DNA from: an uncultured Alphaproteobacteria bacterium
GTDB lineage: Bacteria > Pseudomonadota > Alphaproteobacteria > MPNO01 > DASWLB01
DNA length: 64,000 nucleotides
Direction: 5' to 3'
Assembly: GCA_963817535.1 (NCBI GenBank)
Contig: CAWFOW010000008.1
Coordinates: 94,694 to 158,693, forward strand
The notes below the pieces were generated by a model that was given only the letters and a program-made list of their open reading frames with translations, was not told the DNA's origin and did no database searches. Made by a program: the position numbers and the translations under genes. Below are positions 1 through 9,370 of this stretch, piece by piece (the first letter of the stretch is position 1; every line of letters begins with the position of its first letter).

Positions 1-119
1 AGGACATAATGGGCGCCGGCATCCTCGACCTGGTCGTCACCGCCCAGCTCGGCGACAAGACGATGCGCTCCATCGAGATGTTCGGCACCAAGGTGCTGCC
101 GCGCATGCATGCCATGTAA
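1..119 (+). CDS. LLM-class (luciferase-like) flavin-dependent oxidoreductase, C-terminal fragment; the 5' end lies outside the window
   Basis: Frame 3 reads ...DIMGAGILDLVVTAQLGDKTMRSIEMFGTKVLPRMHAM* with stop TAA at 117-119. This tail is typical of luciferase-like monooxygenases. Confidence 0.4.
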   Translation, partial: DIMGAGILDLVVTAQLGDKTMRSIEMFGTKVLPRMHAM

Positions 120-136
120 GTGAAAGGCGATACCAG

Positions 137-964
137 ATGACGGAACAACAGACCGCGGTGCAGGCGCCGCCCGGCGCGGCATTCACCGAGTCCTTCGTCG
201 AGGCGGACGGATTCCGCATCCGCTACATGGAGGCAGGGGAGGGCGAGGCGCTGGTGTGCCTGCATGGCGGCGGCGGGCTGCGCCTTGCCTATGCGCACGA
301 TATGCTCGCCAGGACGAACCGCGTGATCGCGTTCGAGGTGCCGGGCTTCGGGGCCTCGCCGGTCAACGACCGCACGAAGACCATCGAGGAGCTGGGCGGC
401 ACGATGAACGCCGCCGTCGCCGCCCTCGGCATCGAGCGCTACAATTTGATGGGCACGTCGTTCGGGTCGAAGGTCGCGCTGTGGATGGCGCTCAAAAGCC
501 CCGCGTCGGTTCCGGCCATCGTGCTGATTTCGCCGGCCGCGATCCGGCTGGGCGCGACCACGCCGCCCACCCATGTCTCGCCGGAAGAGGCGATGCGGAT
601 GCTCTACCGCCATCCCGAGCGCCAGCCGCGCCTGCCGCCGCCGCCGCCCGGGCTGATGGAGAAGCACCGCGCCCTGACCGACCGGCTGCTCGGCCCGCCG
701 CGCGATCCGGCGTTCGAGGCGCGGCTTGCCGACCTTCAGATGCCGGTGCTGGCGCTGTTCGGCACGGCAGATCCGGTGACGCCGCCGGCCGGTGGTCACC
801 TGTATCGCGAGGCGCTGCCGAACTGCCACCTGGTCTTCGTCTACGACGCGGCGCACGCCATCGACGGCGACCGGCCCGAGGCGACCGCGTCCATCGTCGA
901 CGACTTCCTGAAGCGGCACGAGCAGTTCCTGGTGCAGAATCGTTCGAGCGTGATCCACCCGTAA
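137..964 (+). CDS. alpha/beta-hydrolase fold protein
   Basis: 275 aa. N-terminal FRIRYMEAGEGEALVCLHGGGG oxyanion region, nucleophile-elbow-like MGTSFGSKVA, and AAGG spacing 9 nt before the ATG. Confidence 0.7.
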   Translation: MTEQQTAVQAPPGAAFTESFVEADGFRIRYMEAGEGEALVCLHGGGGLRLAYAHDMLARTNRVIAFEVPGFGASPVNDRTKTIEELGGTMNAAVAALGIERYNLMGTSFGSKVALWMALKSPASVPAIVLISPAAIRLGATTPPTHVSPEEAMRMLYRHPERQPRLPPPPPGLMEKHRALTDRLLGPPRDPAFEARLADLQMPVLALFGTADPVTPPAGGHLYREALPNCHLVFVYDAAHAIDGDRPEATASIVDDFLKRHEQFLVQNRSSVIHP

Positions 965-1028
965 TTTCGAGCCGCCGAAGGCAGCGCGGCAATCCAGGTC
1001 AGCTATTCCCGCGACGCGGGACGTGTGC

Positions 1029-2348
1029 TCATATCGGCAGGCGCAGGCGGGCGCGCAGCCCGCCCATCGGCGAGTCGTCGAGCGCGATGTCGCCGCCATG
1101 GCCGCGGATCACGTCGCGCGCGATGGTGAGGCCGAGCCCGGTGCCGCCGGTCTCGCGCGAGCGTGAGCCTTCCATCCGGTAGAACGGGCGGAACACCGCC
1201 TCGCGCTGGTCGGGCGGAATGCCCGGCCCGTCGTCGTCGATGACGATCTCGATCGCGCCATCGCGGCGCTGGGCGGCGACGACGACGTTTCGCGCGTGGC
1301 CGATCGCGTTGTTCACCACGTTGGTGAGACAGCGCTTGAGCGCATTGGGCTTTACGGTGACGGCCAGCGCGCCGGTGCATCGGAGCTCGACCTTCGCACC
1401 CTGTCGGCGGGCACCGTCCACCACCTCGCCCAGCACGTCGCCGAGGTCGGTGGGCGTGGCCGCCTCGGTGCCTTCGCCGCGCGCGAAGGCCAGGTACTCG
1501 GCCAGCATCCGTTCCATCTCCACGACGTCGCTGCGCAGCGCCGCGACGTCGCCGGCGTCGCGCATGGCAAGCTGCAGCTTCATGCGGGTCAGCGGCGTGC
1601 GCAGATCGTGGCTGACGCCGGCCAGCATCTCGGTGCGCTGGGTGATCATGCGCTGGATGGATTCGCGCATGGCGTTGAAGGCGGCGGCGGCCTGGCGCAC
1701 CTCGGACGCGCCGGACGGCTTGAAGTCGTCGACGTCGCGCCCCTTGCCGAACCGGTCCATCGCGCGGGCAAGGCGGCGGATCGGCCGCACCTGGTTGCGC
1801 ATGAACAGGCTCGCCACCGCGAACAGCACGAGCGACGTGCCCACCATCCACAGCACGAAGATATAGGTCGTCGAGGTGAACAGCCGGTCGCGGCTGATCT
1901 CGGCGTCGAGCACGCCATCCTGGAGCTGGACGCGCACCAGAACCTCGCGCGGCTTGTAGTCGGTGTCGATGTAGATCGGACGGCGCAGATAGCCGGTGAG
2001 CTCGCGCCGGAGCAGCCGGTGAAGCTGGCCCGAGCCGCGGTCGAGCCCCGTGTTGGGCAGGATCGCACCGGCGTGGTAGGCGAGCTGGATGGCGAGCGGC
2101 CGGCCCAGCGCGTCGAGCGTCGCATCGGTCGCGGCAGGCGCGCCACCGCTTCGGTCGAGCTGGTCGATGGCGACGGACAGCTCGCCCGCCACCGCGCCGG
2201 CGAGGCGCCGCGTCACCGTCTCCCAGTGCCGGTCGTAGAAGAACCAGGTGGAGATCACCTGCAGCAGGATCAGCGGCATCACGATGATCAGCAGCGCGCG
2301 CCCGAACAGCGAGCGGGGCAGGAAGCGCTTCACCAGGGGTTCGGGCAC
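1029..2348 (-). CDS. EnvZ-like sensor histidine kinase (two TM segments, HAMP, HisKA and HATPase domains)
   Basis: 439 aa. N-terminal TM segment LLIIVMPLILLQVISTWFF and a second TM YIFVLWMVGTSLVLFAV. H-box LAGVSHDLRTPLTRM and G-box GTGLGLTIARDVIRGHGG. Confidence 0.8.
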   Translation of the reverse strand: MPEPLVKRFLPRSLFGRALLIIVMPLILLQVISTWFFYDRHWETVTRRLAGAVAGELSVAIDQLDRSGGAPAATDATLDALGRPLAIQLAYHAGAILPNTGLDRGSGQLHRLLRRELTGYLRRPIYIDTDYKPREVLVRVQLQDGVLDAEISRDRLFTSTTYIFVLWMVGTSLVLFAVASLFMRNQVRPIRRLARAMDRFGKGRDVDDFKPSGASEVRQAAAAFNAMRESIQRMITQRTEMLAGVSHDLRTPLTRMKLQLAMRDAGDVAALRSDVVEMERMLAEYLAFARGEGTEAATPTDLGDVLGEVVDGARRQGAKVELRCTGALAVTVKPNALKRCLTNVVNNAIGHARNVVVAAQRRDGAIEIVIDDDGPGIPPDQREAVFRPFYRMEGSRSRETGGTGLGLTIARDVIRGHGGDIALDDSPMGGLRARLRLPI

Positions 2349-2358
2349 CGCTTCGCGC

Positions 2359-3036
2359 TCAGTCGGGGCGCAGCACGTAGCCCTCGCCGCGCACCGTCTG
2401 CAGATAGCGGGGCAGGCGCGGGTCGGGCTCGATCTTGCGGCGCAGGCGGGTGATCTGGACGTCGACCGTGCGGTCGCTGCCGTCGATGCGCGAGCGGCGG
2501 ATCAGCTCGTCGCGGGTGAGCGTGCGGTTCGGGCTTTCGGCGAACACCTTGAGAAGGCTCACCTCGGCGCCGGTCAGTCGGACCGCCACCCCGTCCCTCG
2601 ACAGCACCTCGCGCGCGACGTCGAACGACAGCGCGCCGAGCCCGACCGTCTCGGGCGTGGGCTCGGTCTGGGCGCGGCGCAGCACGGCCTTGAGGCGCAG
2701 CACCAGCTCGCGCGGCTCGAACGGCTTGACCAGGTAGTCGTCGGCGCCGGACTCGAACCCGCCGATGCGGTCGTCCGGCTCGCTCATCGCGGTGAGCAGC
2801 AGGATCGGAACGCCCGAGCCCGCGCGCAGCGTGCGGGTGAGCTCGAGCCCCGATTCGCCCGGCATCATCACGTCGAGTACCAGCGCGTCGAAGCTGAGCC
2901 CGGCCATCTGTGCGCGCGCGTCCGCGGCGTCGCGGGCGACAGTCACGCGGAAGCCGTTATCGCCCAGATAGCGCGACAGCAGATCGCGCAGACGCATGTC
3001 ATCGTCGACCACCAGGATATGGGGCATGTCGCTCAT
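2359..3036 (-). CDS. OmpR-family response regulator (receiver plus winged-helix domain)
   Basis: 225 aa. ILVVDDDMRLRDLLSRYL...LVLDVMMPGESGLEL closely parallels E. coli OmpR. C-terminal LRRKIEPDPRLPRYLQTVRGEGYVL is a winged helix. It lies 10 bp upstream of the kinase, suggesting an operon. Confidence 0.8.
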   Translation of the reverse strand: MSDMPHILVVDDDMRLRDLLSRYLGDNGFRVTVARDAADARAQMAGLSFDALVLDVMMPGESGLELTRTLRAGSGVPILLLTAMSEPDDRIGGFESGADDYLVKPFEPRELVLRLKAVLRRAQTEPTPETVGLGALSFDVAREVLSRDGVAVRLTGAEVSLLKVFAESPNRTLTRDELIRRSRIDGSDRTVDVQITRLRRKIEPDPRLPRYLQTVRGEGYVLRPD

Positions 3037-3080
3037 CGGGCGGGATTATAGCACCCCGCAGGGTGACCCACCGGAACGCG

Positions 3081-4109
3081 CTACTCCGCCGCCGTCCGCA
3101 GCGCGCGCTCCTCGGCCAGCAGGATATCCAGCAGACGCCGAGACTGCAGCCCGCCGCCGTCGCCGATCACGTCCACCTGACGCGCGGCCGGATCGAAATC
3201 GATGATGCGCTGCTCGGCCTCCAGCATGTCCCTGTCCTGGTCGAAGGCGCGCAGGGTCTGCTCCTCCACCATCCTGGTCATCGCCGTATTCTCGATCATG
3301 TAGTTGCGGCAGCTTCCGAAGAAGTAGTGGCAGCTCGTCTCCGTCTCGGGCGTCATCGAATCGAGCACGAAGAAGGTCTGGTTCAGCGTGCCCGCCGCGC
3401 CGGGCTTGCGGCCGGCCTCGGTGGTGGTGATCTCGATCACCACGTTTGCGGGCGGGGTGTAGGTCATGACCTTCTTCTGGTCGATCTTGTGGTCGATCCC
3501 TTCCATCCGCCAGCGCTCCGGCGGGTTCAGGTCCTTCGCGATGCGAGTACCGCGCGCCCAGTCGGTGCCGCGCTCCCACACCAGATCGGGCTGCGTATCT
3601 TCCGCCACGCCCAACAGGCCCGCATGCAGCACCGGCACGTGCGACAAATCCATCAGATTGTCGACCAGCAGCATGTAGTTGCAGGCGATCGGCAGGTAGC
3701 CCGACCACGCCGCCCAGGCCGGATCGTCGTTCCAGAAGAAGTCGGGGGCCTTGGCGGGATCGGCGAGGGCGGGGTCGCCCATCCAGATCCAGACATAGCC
3801 GTGCCGGTCGACGATCGGATAGCTGCGGACGCGCGCGTCCGGCGGCACTCTGTCCTGGCCGGGGACCCAGACCACCCGGCCGGACGCGTCGTAGAGGAAC
3901 CCGTGATAGCCGCAGCGCAGATTGTCGCCCTCGACCTTGCCGAGCGAGAGCGGCGCACGGCGATGGCAGCAGCGATCCTCGAGCGCGCAGATCGTGCCGT
4001 CCGCGGTGCGGAACATCACCACCGGCTCGCCCAGGAACACGCGCCCCAGCGGAGCCTTGCCGATCTCGTGCGCCAGGGCGGCGCAGTACCACTGGTTCCG
4101 CAGGTACAT
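3081..4109 (-). CDS. Rieske [2Fe-2S] non-haem iron oxygenase alpha subunit, VanA family (vanillate O-demethylase-like)
   Basis: 342 aa. Rieske motif CCHRRAPLSLG...CGYHG; conserved LVDNLMDLSHVPVLH region; C-terminal GLQSRRLLDILLAEE as in VanA/DdmC/TsaM. Confidence 0.75.
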   Translation of the reverse strand: MYLRNQWYCAALAHEIGKAPLGRVFLGEPVVMFRTADGTICALEDRCCHRRAPLSLGKVEGDNLRCGYHGFLYDASGRVVWVPGQDRVPPDARVRSYPIVDRHGYVWIWMGDPALADPAKAPDFFWNDDPAWAAWSGYLPIACNYMLLVDNLMDLSHVPVLHAGLLGVAEDTQPDLVWERGTDWARGTRIAKDLNPPERWRMEGIDHKIDQKKVMTYTPPANVVIEITTTEAGRKPGAAGTLNQTFFVLDSMTPETETSCHYFFGSCRNYMIENTAMTRMVEEQTLRAFDQDRDMLEAEQRIIDFDPAARQVDVIGDGGGLQSRRLLDILLAEERALRTAAE

Positions 4110-4135
4110 CGGCTCTCTCCCTAACCTCGCCGTTC

Positions 4136-4232
4136 GCCCTGAGGAGCCTGCGCAGCAGGCGTCTCGAAGGGCGCGGCGGCATGACCTCGCGGCTTCGTCC
4201 TTCGAGACGCGCCCTGCGGGCGCTCCTCAGGA
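4136..4232. repeat. Long imperfect inverted repeat (about 41-bp arms, about 19-bp loop) between the tandem Rieske genes
   Basis: CCGTTCGCCCTGAGGAGCCTGCGCAGCAGGCGTCTCGAAGG ... CCTTCGAGACGCGCCCTGCGGGCGCTCCTCAGGACGAACGG. Outer 17 nt and inner 12 nt are perfect; the middle has mismatches. Confidence 0.5.
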
Positions 4233-4261
4233 CGAACGGAGAAATTCATACGTGCTCGGCA

Positions 4262-5290
4262 TCACTCCGCGGCGGCGGCGCGCACCCCCTGCTCCTCGGC
4301 CAGCAGGCGCTCGACCAGCCGGCGCGACTGGAGCCCGCCGGTATCGCCCATCACGTCGACCTGAGCGGCCCGCGGGGCGAGGTCGATGATCTTCTGCTCG
4401 CCCTCCAGCATGTCCTTGTCCTCGAGGAAGGCGATCACGATGCGCTCGATCATCAGCTTGGTCAGCGCCGTGTCGTCGACATAGTAGTTGCGGCAGCCCC
4501 CGAAGAAGTAATGGCAGGTGGTCTCGGTCTCGGGCGTCATGGTGTCGAGCACGATCAGCGTCTGGTCGACGCGGCTCGCCGCGCCTTTCTTGCCCAACTC
4601 GGTGGTGCGGATGTCGATCACCACGTTGGCGGGCGGGGTGAACTCCATCACCTTCACCTGGTCGACCTTGACGTCGAGTCCCTCGGCCTTCATGCGCGCC
4701 GACGGCGACAGGCCGGTGGCGACGCGCGTGCCGCGCACGAAGTCGGGCCCGCGCTTCCAGTCGAGGTCGGGGTTGGTGTCCTCGGGGCTGCCGATCGTGT
4801 TCGCGTGCAGGAACGCGACGTGCGACAGATCCATCAGATTGTCGACCATCAGCAGGTAGCTGCACTCGATGCGCATGTAGTCCGACGCCGCCGCCCAGGC
4901 CGGGTCGTCGTTCCAGGTGAAGGCGGGCGCCTTGGCGGGATCGGCGAGCGCCGGATCGCCCATCCAGATCCAGACATAGCCATGCTTGTCGACGATCGGA
5001 TAGCTGCGCACGCGCGCATCCGGCGGCACCTTGTCCTGGCCCGGCACCCAGATCACCCGGCCGGTCGCGTCGTACAGGAACCCGTGATAGCCGCAGCGCA
5101 GATTGTCGCCTTCCACCTTGCCCTTCGACAGAGGTGCGCGGCGATGGCAGCAGCGATCCTCGAGCGCGACGATCTCGCCCCTCGCGGTGCGGAACATCAC
5201 CACCGGCTCGCCCAGGAACACGCGGCCGAGCGGGGCCGCACCGATCTCCTGCGCCAGGGCGGCGCAATACCATTGGTTGCGAAGGAACAT
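4262..5290 (-). CDS. Rieske [2Fe-2S] non-haem iron oxygenase alpha subunit, VanA family (tandem paralog)
   Basis: 342 aa. Estimated 70-75% identical to the 3081-4109 product by eye. Same Rieske and mononuclear-iron motifs (CCHRRAPLSKG...CGYHG; MVDNLMDLSHVAFLH). Confidence 0.75.
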   Translation of the reverse strand: MFLRNQWYCAALAQEIGAAPLGRVFLGEPVVMFRTARGEIVALEDRCCHRRAPLSKGKVEGDNLRCGYHGFLYDATGRVIWVPGQDKVPPDARVRSYPIVDKHGYVWIWMGDPALADPAKAPAFTWNDDPAWAAASDYMRIECSYLLMVDNLMDLSHVAFLHANTIGSPEDTNPDLDWKRGPDFVRGTRVATGLSPSARMKAEGLDVKVDQVKVMEFTPPANVVIDIRTTELGKKGAASRVDQTLIVLDTMTPETETTCHYFFGGCRNYYVDDTALTKLMIERIVIAFLEDKDMLEGEQKIIDLAPRAAQVDVMGDTGGLQSRRLVERLLAEEQGVRAAAAE

Positions 5291-5477
5291 GCCGCTTCTC
5301 CGTCTCTCGCGCGATGGTGCTTAAAACTATAGCAGATTTGGCGGCCGATCGGCCAACGACCTGCGACATAAGGGCCGTGGCCCGTGGCGCCATTGACGAG
5401 GTCCCGGCACCTCCCTATTTTCCGCGGCGGGCCACGCCTCCCCAACGGGGCGCAGCTCTTCTGCAAGGGAGAGAGAT

Positions 5478-6674
5478 ATGACTGACCCCGCCGCGAAGCC
5501 GGCCACCCGGCCGGCAAACCCCTGCTTCTCATCCGGACCCTGCGCGAAACGACCCGGCTGGTCGGTGGACCAGCTTGCCGGCGCGCTGGTCGGCCGCTCG
5601 CACCGGTCCAAGCCCGGCAAGGCCAAGCTCGGCGCGGTGATCGACCGCTCGCGGGCGATCCTCGGCATTCCCGCCGACTGGCGCATCGGCATCGTTCCCG
5701 CCTCCGACACCGGGGCGGTCGAGATGGCGCTGTGGTCGCTGCTGGGCGCGCGGCCGGTCGATCTGTTTTCCTGGGAAAGCTTCGGCGCCGGCTGGGTCAC
5801 CGATACGGTGAAGCAGCTCAAGCTCAGGGACGCGCGCGTATTCGAGGCGCCATACGGCGCCCTGCCCGATCTCGCGCAGTGGAACCCGAAGCACGACATC
5901 GTCTTCACCTGGAACGGCACGACCTCGGGCGTGCGGGTGCCGGACGGCAACTGGATTCCCGACGACCGCGAGGGGCTGACCATCTGCGACGCGACCTCGG
6001 CCGTGTTCGCGATGGATCTGCCATGGAAGAAGCTCGACGTCGTCACCTGGTCCTGGCAGAAGGCGATGGGCGGCGAGGCCGCGCACGGCATGCTGGTGCT
6101 CTCGCCCCGCGCGGTCGAGCGGCTGACCGGCTACACGCCGCCCTGGCCGCTGCCCAAGATCTTCCGCATGACGTCGGGCGGAAAGCTTTCCGAGGCGATC
6201 TTCAAGGGCGACACGATCAACACGCCCTCGATGCTGTGCGTCGAGGATGCGCTCGACGGGCTCGAATGGGCCGAGCGCATCGGCGGGCTGAAGGGGCTGA
6301 TCGGTCGTGCCGACGCCAACCTCGCCGCCATCGCGCGCTGGGTGAAGGAGTCGATCTGGGCGGAGTTCCTCGCCGAGGATACGGCGATCCGCTCGTCCAC
6401 CTCGGTCTGCCTCAAGATCGTCGACCCATGGCTCGACGGGCTGGATGAGAAGGTCGCGGCCGGGGTGCCCAAGCGCATCGCGGCGCTGCTGGAGGCGGAA
6501 GGCGTGGCGTTCGACATCGACGCCTATCGCGACGCGCCCCCGGGGCTGCGCATCTGGGCGGGCTCGACCGTCGAGACCGCCGATCTCGAAGCTTTGTTCC
6601 CCTGGCTCGACTGGGCCTTCGCCAAGGTCAAGTACGAAACCGGCAACGAAACCCTCCTCTCGGCGAAGGTGTAG
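5478..6674 (+). CDS. serC: phosphoserine aminotransferase (alphaproteobacterial long form)
   Basis: 398 aa. N-terminal [22 protein letters not shown] is typical of SerC. GGGAGAG RBS. Directly followed by serA. Confidence 0.8.
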   Translation: MTDPAAKPATRPANPCFSSGPCAKRPGWSVDQLAGALVGRSHRSKPGKAKLGAVIDRSRAILGIPADWRIGIVPASDTGAVEMALWSLLGARPVDLFSWESFGAGWVTDTVKQLKLRDARVFEAPYGALPDLAQWNPKHDIVFTWNGTTSGVRVPDGNWIPDDREGLTICDATSAVFAMDLPWKKLDVVTWSWQKAMGGEAAHGMLVLSPRAVERLTGYTPPWPLPKIFRMTSGGKLSEAIFKGDTINTPSMLCVEDALDGLEWAERIGGLKGLIGRADANLAAIARWVKESIWAEFLAEDTAIRSSTSVCLKIVDPWLDGLDEKVAAGVPKRIAALLEAEGVAFDIDAYRDAPPGLRIWAGSTVETADLEALFPWLDWAFAKVKYETGNETLLSAKV

Positions 6675-6676
6675 CC

Positions 6677-8254
6677 ATGCCCAAGGTTCTGATTTCCGAC
6701 GCGCTCAGCGCGGAGGCGGCCGACGTGTTCCGCCAGGCCGGCATCGAGGTCGACGTCAAGGTGGGCATGAAGCCCGAGGAGCTGATCGCCTGCATCGGCG
6801 AATATGACGGGCTGGCCGTGCGGTCGGCCACCAAGGTCACGCAGAAGGTGATCGAAGCGGCGACCAAGCTGAAGGTCGTCGGGCGCGCCGGCATCGGGGT
6901 CGACAATATCGACATCCCGGCCGCGTCGGCCAAGGGCATCGTGGTGATGAACACGCCTTACGGCAACGCCATCACCACCGCCGAGCACGCCATCGCGATG
7001 ATGTTCGCGCTCGCCCGCCAGATTCCCACGGCTGACCGGTCGACCCAGGCCGGCAAGTGGGAGAAGAACCGCTTCATGGGCGTCGAGCTCTACGGCAAGA
7101 CGCTCGGCATCATCGGCTGCGGCAATATCGGCTCGATCGTCGCCGACCGCGCGCTCGGCCTCAAGATGAAGGTCATCGCCTACGACCCGTACCTCACGCC
7201 CGAGCGCGCGACGTCGCTTGGCGTCGAGAAGGTGGAGCTCGACGATCTGTTCACCCGCGCCGATTTCATCACGCTGCACACGCCGCTGACCGAGGCGACG
7301 CGCGATATCGTGAATGCCGCGGCTTTCGCCAGGATGAAGAAGGGCGTGCGCATCATCAACTGCGCGCGCGGCGAGCTGATCGAGGAGAAGGCGTTGATCG
7401 ACGCGGTCGAGACCGGCAAGGTGGCGGGCATCGCGATCGACGTGTTCCGCACCGAGCCCGCGAAGGAGTTCGCGCTGTTCGGCAACGAGGTACTGGTGGC
7501 GACGCCGCATCTCGGCGCGTCCACCACCGAGGCGCAGGAGAAGGTGGCGGTCCAGGTCGCCGAGCAGATGGCGGCCTATCTCAACACCGGCGCGGTGACC
7601 AACGCGATCAACATGCCGTCGCTCTCGGCCGAGGACGCGGCGCGGCTGCGCCCCTATATCCGCCTTGCCGAGCAGCTCGGCAGCCTGCTCGGCCAGGTGG
7701 CCAACTCGGCGGCCCGGCGCGTCACGGTCGAGTACGAGGGCAACGCGACCGACCTCAACGTGAAGCCGCTGACCGCCTGCGTGCTCAAGGGGCTGCTCGC
7801 GCCGATCCTCGAATCGGTGAACATCGTATCGGCGCCGGTCGTCGCCGCCGCGCGCGGCATCGACGTCAGCGAGGTCACACACGAGCGCGACAGCGAGTAC
7901 CAGACGCTGATCCGCGTCACGATGGAGACCGAGCACCGGGTGCGCACCGCGGCCGGCACGCTATTCGGCGACAAGCCCCGCATCGTCGAGATCGACGGCA
8001 TCCCGACCGAGGCCGAGCTGTCGGCCCACATGCTGTATACGGTGAACCAGGACAAGCCCGGCTATATCGGCCGGCTCGGCTCCACGCTGGGCGATGCGGG
8101 CGTCAACATCGCGACGTTCCACCTCGGCCGCAAGACGCTGGGCGGCGATGCCATCGCGCTCCTCGAGGTCGACCAGCATGTCGGCGCCGACGTGCTCGAC
8201 AAGGTCGCGCATTTGCCGGGCGTCGTGCAGGCCAAATCGCTCGCGTTCGGGTAG
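6677..8254 (+). CDS. serA: D-3-phosphoglycerate dehydrogenase with C-terminal ACT domain
   Basis: 525 aa. 2-hydroxyacid dehydrogenase NAD-binding GIIGCGNIGSIVA, catalytic region, and an ACT domain tail. Starts 2 bp after the serC stop. Confidence 0.85.
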   Translation: MPKVLISDALSAEAADVFRQAGIEVDVKVGMKPEELIACIGEYDGLAVRSATKVTQKVIEAATKLKVVGRAGIGVDNIDIPAASAKGIVVMNTPYGNAITTAEHAIAMMFALARQIPTADRSTQAGKWEKNRFMGVELYGKTLGIIGCGNIGSIVADRALGLKMKVIAYDPYLTPERATSLGVEKVELDDLFTRADFITLHTPLTEATRDIVNAAAFARMKKGVRIINCARGELIEEKALIDAVETGKVAGIAIDVFRTEPAKEFALFGNEVLVATPHLGASTTEAQEKVAVQVAEQMAAYLNTGAVTNAINMPSLSAEDAARLRPYIRLAEQLGSLLGQVANSAARRVTVEYEGNATDLNVKPLTACVLKGLLAPILESVNIVSAPVVAAARGIDVSEVTHERDSEYQTLIRVTMETEHRVRTAAGTLFGDKPRIVEIDGIPTEAELSAHMLYTVNQDKPGYIGRLGSTLGDAGVNIATFHLGRKTLGGDAIALLEVDQHVGADVLDKVAHLPGVVQAKSLAFG

Positions 8255-8257
8255 GGA

Positions 8258-8363
8258 TCACCCCCCACCCTGTCCCTCCCCCACAAGGGGGGAGGGAACG
8301 AACGGCACGGGCTCGGGCGATAGCTCCCTCCCCCTCGATGGGGGAGGGTTGGGGTGGGGGTGG
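8258..8363. repeat. REP/RIME-like palindromic intergenic element (two CCCTCCCCC/GGGGGAGGG hairpins within an outer inverted repeat)
   Basis: CACCCCCCACCC...CCCTCCCCCACAAGGGGGGAGGG...CCCTCCCCCTCGATGGGGGAGGG...GGGGTGGGGGTGG. The same architecture recurs at 40307, 42020 and 58101. Confidence 0.6.
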
Positions 8364-8450
8364 AGCCCGGGTGCGCTGTTGCGCTTGGCCCCTACGCCGC
8401 CGGCGCGTCGGCAAGCGGGCGCGCGGGCCGCGCCGTTTCAAGAGGTCGGG

Positions 8451-9362
8451 TTGGGCAAAAAATCGGCGGAAAATGCTGGCTGGCGGGTCGCGGCGTCCGT
8501 GCCCGTTCGGGCGGTCGACGCGCTTGCCGATGCGCTTGGCGGTCTGGGTCTCGCAGTTGCCGTCGGGCCGGCCGGGCGGGGACGCCGGACCGTGCAGGGA
8601 TACGGGGCCGGGGTCTGCGATCGGGCGGGGCTGACCGCCGCGCTAACCGTCGCCGCCGCGTCCACTGGCGTTGCCGCGCCCGACTTGCGTTTCGAGGCGC
8701 TGGAGGCGATCGACTGGGCGGCGCGGCTGCAATCGGATTTCCCGCCGCGCCGCGTCGGCCGGTTCTTTCTCCACGGCTCGCACTTCACGGGCGAGACGCC
8801 GCGCGGCGCGATCCCCATCCGCATCGACGCGGGCGCGGCGTTCGGCACCGGCGCGCACGAATCGACCGAGGGATGCCTGGTCGCAATCGAGCGGCTCTGC
8901 GCGGGGCGCATTTTCCGGCGGGTGCTCGACATGGGGACCGGCTCGGGCCTTCTCGCCATCGCCGTCGCGAAATTCGCGGCGACCGACGTTCTGGCGGTCG
9001 ACAACGATCCGGTATCGGTCGCCGTCGCGGAGGAGAACGTCGCGGACAATGGCGTCGCCGACCGCGTGCGGGTCGCGCGGTCCGACGGCTATCGCGGCCT
9101 GGCGCGCGCCGATGGCCCGTTCGACCTGGTGCTCGCCAACATCCTGGCGCGGCCGCTGATTCGCATGGCGCCGGCTCTCGCGAAACGCCTCGCGCCGGGC
9201 GGTGTCGCCGTGCTCGCCGGGTTCCTCACGCGCGACGCGGCGAAGGTGGCGGCGGCGCATCGCGCGGCCGGGCTTGCGCCGCTCTTTCGCATCCCGGTGG
9301 GCGAGTGGACGACTCTCGCGGTGACGCGCCCGCGCCACCGCACGGGAAACGACAAGGGGTAG
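8451..9362 (+). CDS. prmA: ribosomal protein L11 methyltransferase
   Basis: SAM-methyltransferase motif VLDMGTGSGLLAIA, and FGTGAHESTEGCL typical of PrmA. The 8094 ORF is over-extended through the REP element. The in-frame TTG at 8451 is my best start guess; the true start is uncertain by tens of bp. Confidence 0.65.
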   Translation: MGKKSAENAGWRVAASVPVRAVDALADALGGLGLAVAVGPAGRGRRTVQGYGAGVCDRAGLTAALTVAAASTGVAAPDLRFEALEAIDWAARLQSDFPPRRVGRFFLHGSHFTGETPRGAIPIRIDAGAAFGTGAHESTEGCLVAIERLCAGRIFRRVLDMGTGSGLLAIAVAKFAATDVLAVDNDPVSVAVAEENVADNGVADRVRVARSDGYRGLARADGPFDLVLANILARPLIRMAPALAKRLAPGGVAVLAGFLTRDAAKVAAAHRAAGLAPLFRIPVGEWTTLAVTRPRHRTGNDKG

Positions 9363-9370
9363 GGCTCGCC

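Noticed and set aside
8258-8363. Possible CRISPR array suggested by recurring GGGGGAGGG/CCCTCCCCC motifs
   Set aside because: The units are individually palindromic. They are irregularly spaced with no constant-length unique spacers, and they are scattered across the window rather than forming an array. There are no cas genes. They are REP/RIME-type elements.
7057-8634. 525-aa alternate-frame ORF over serA and the REP element
   Set aside because: Same strand, different frame from the strongly supported serA. R/G-rich. It runs through the palindromic repeat.
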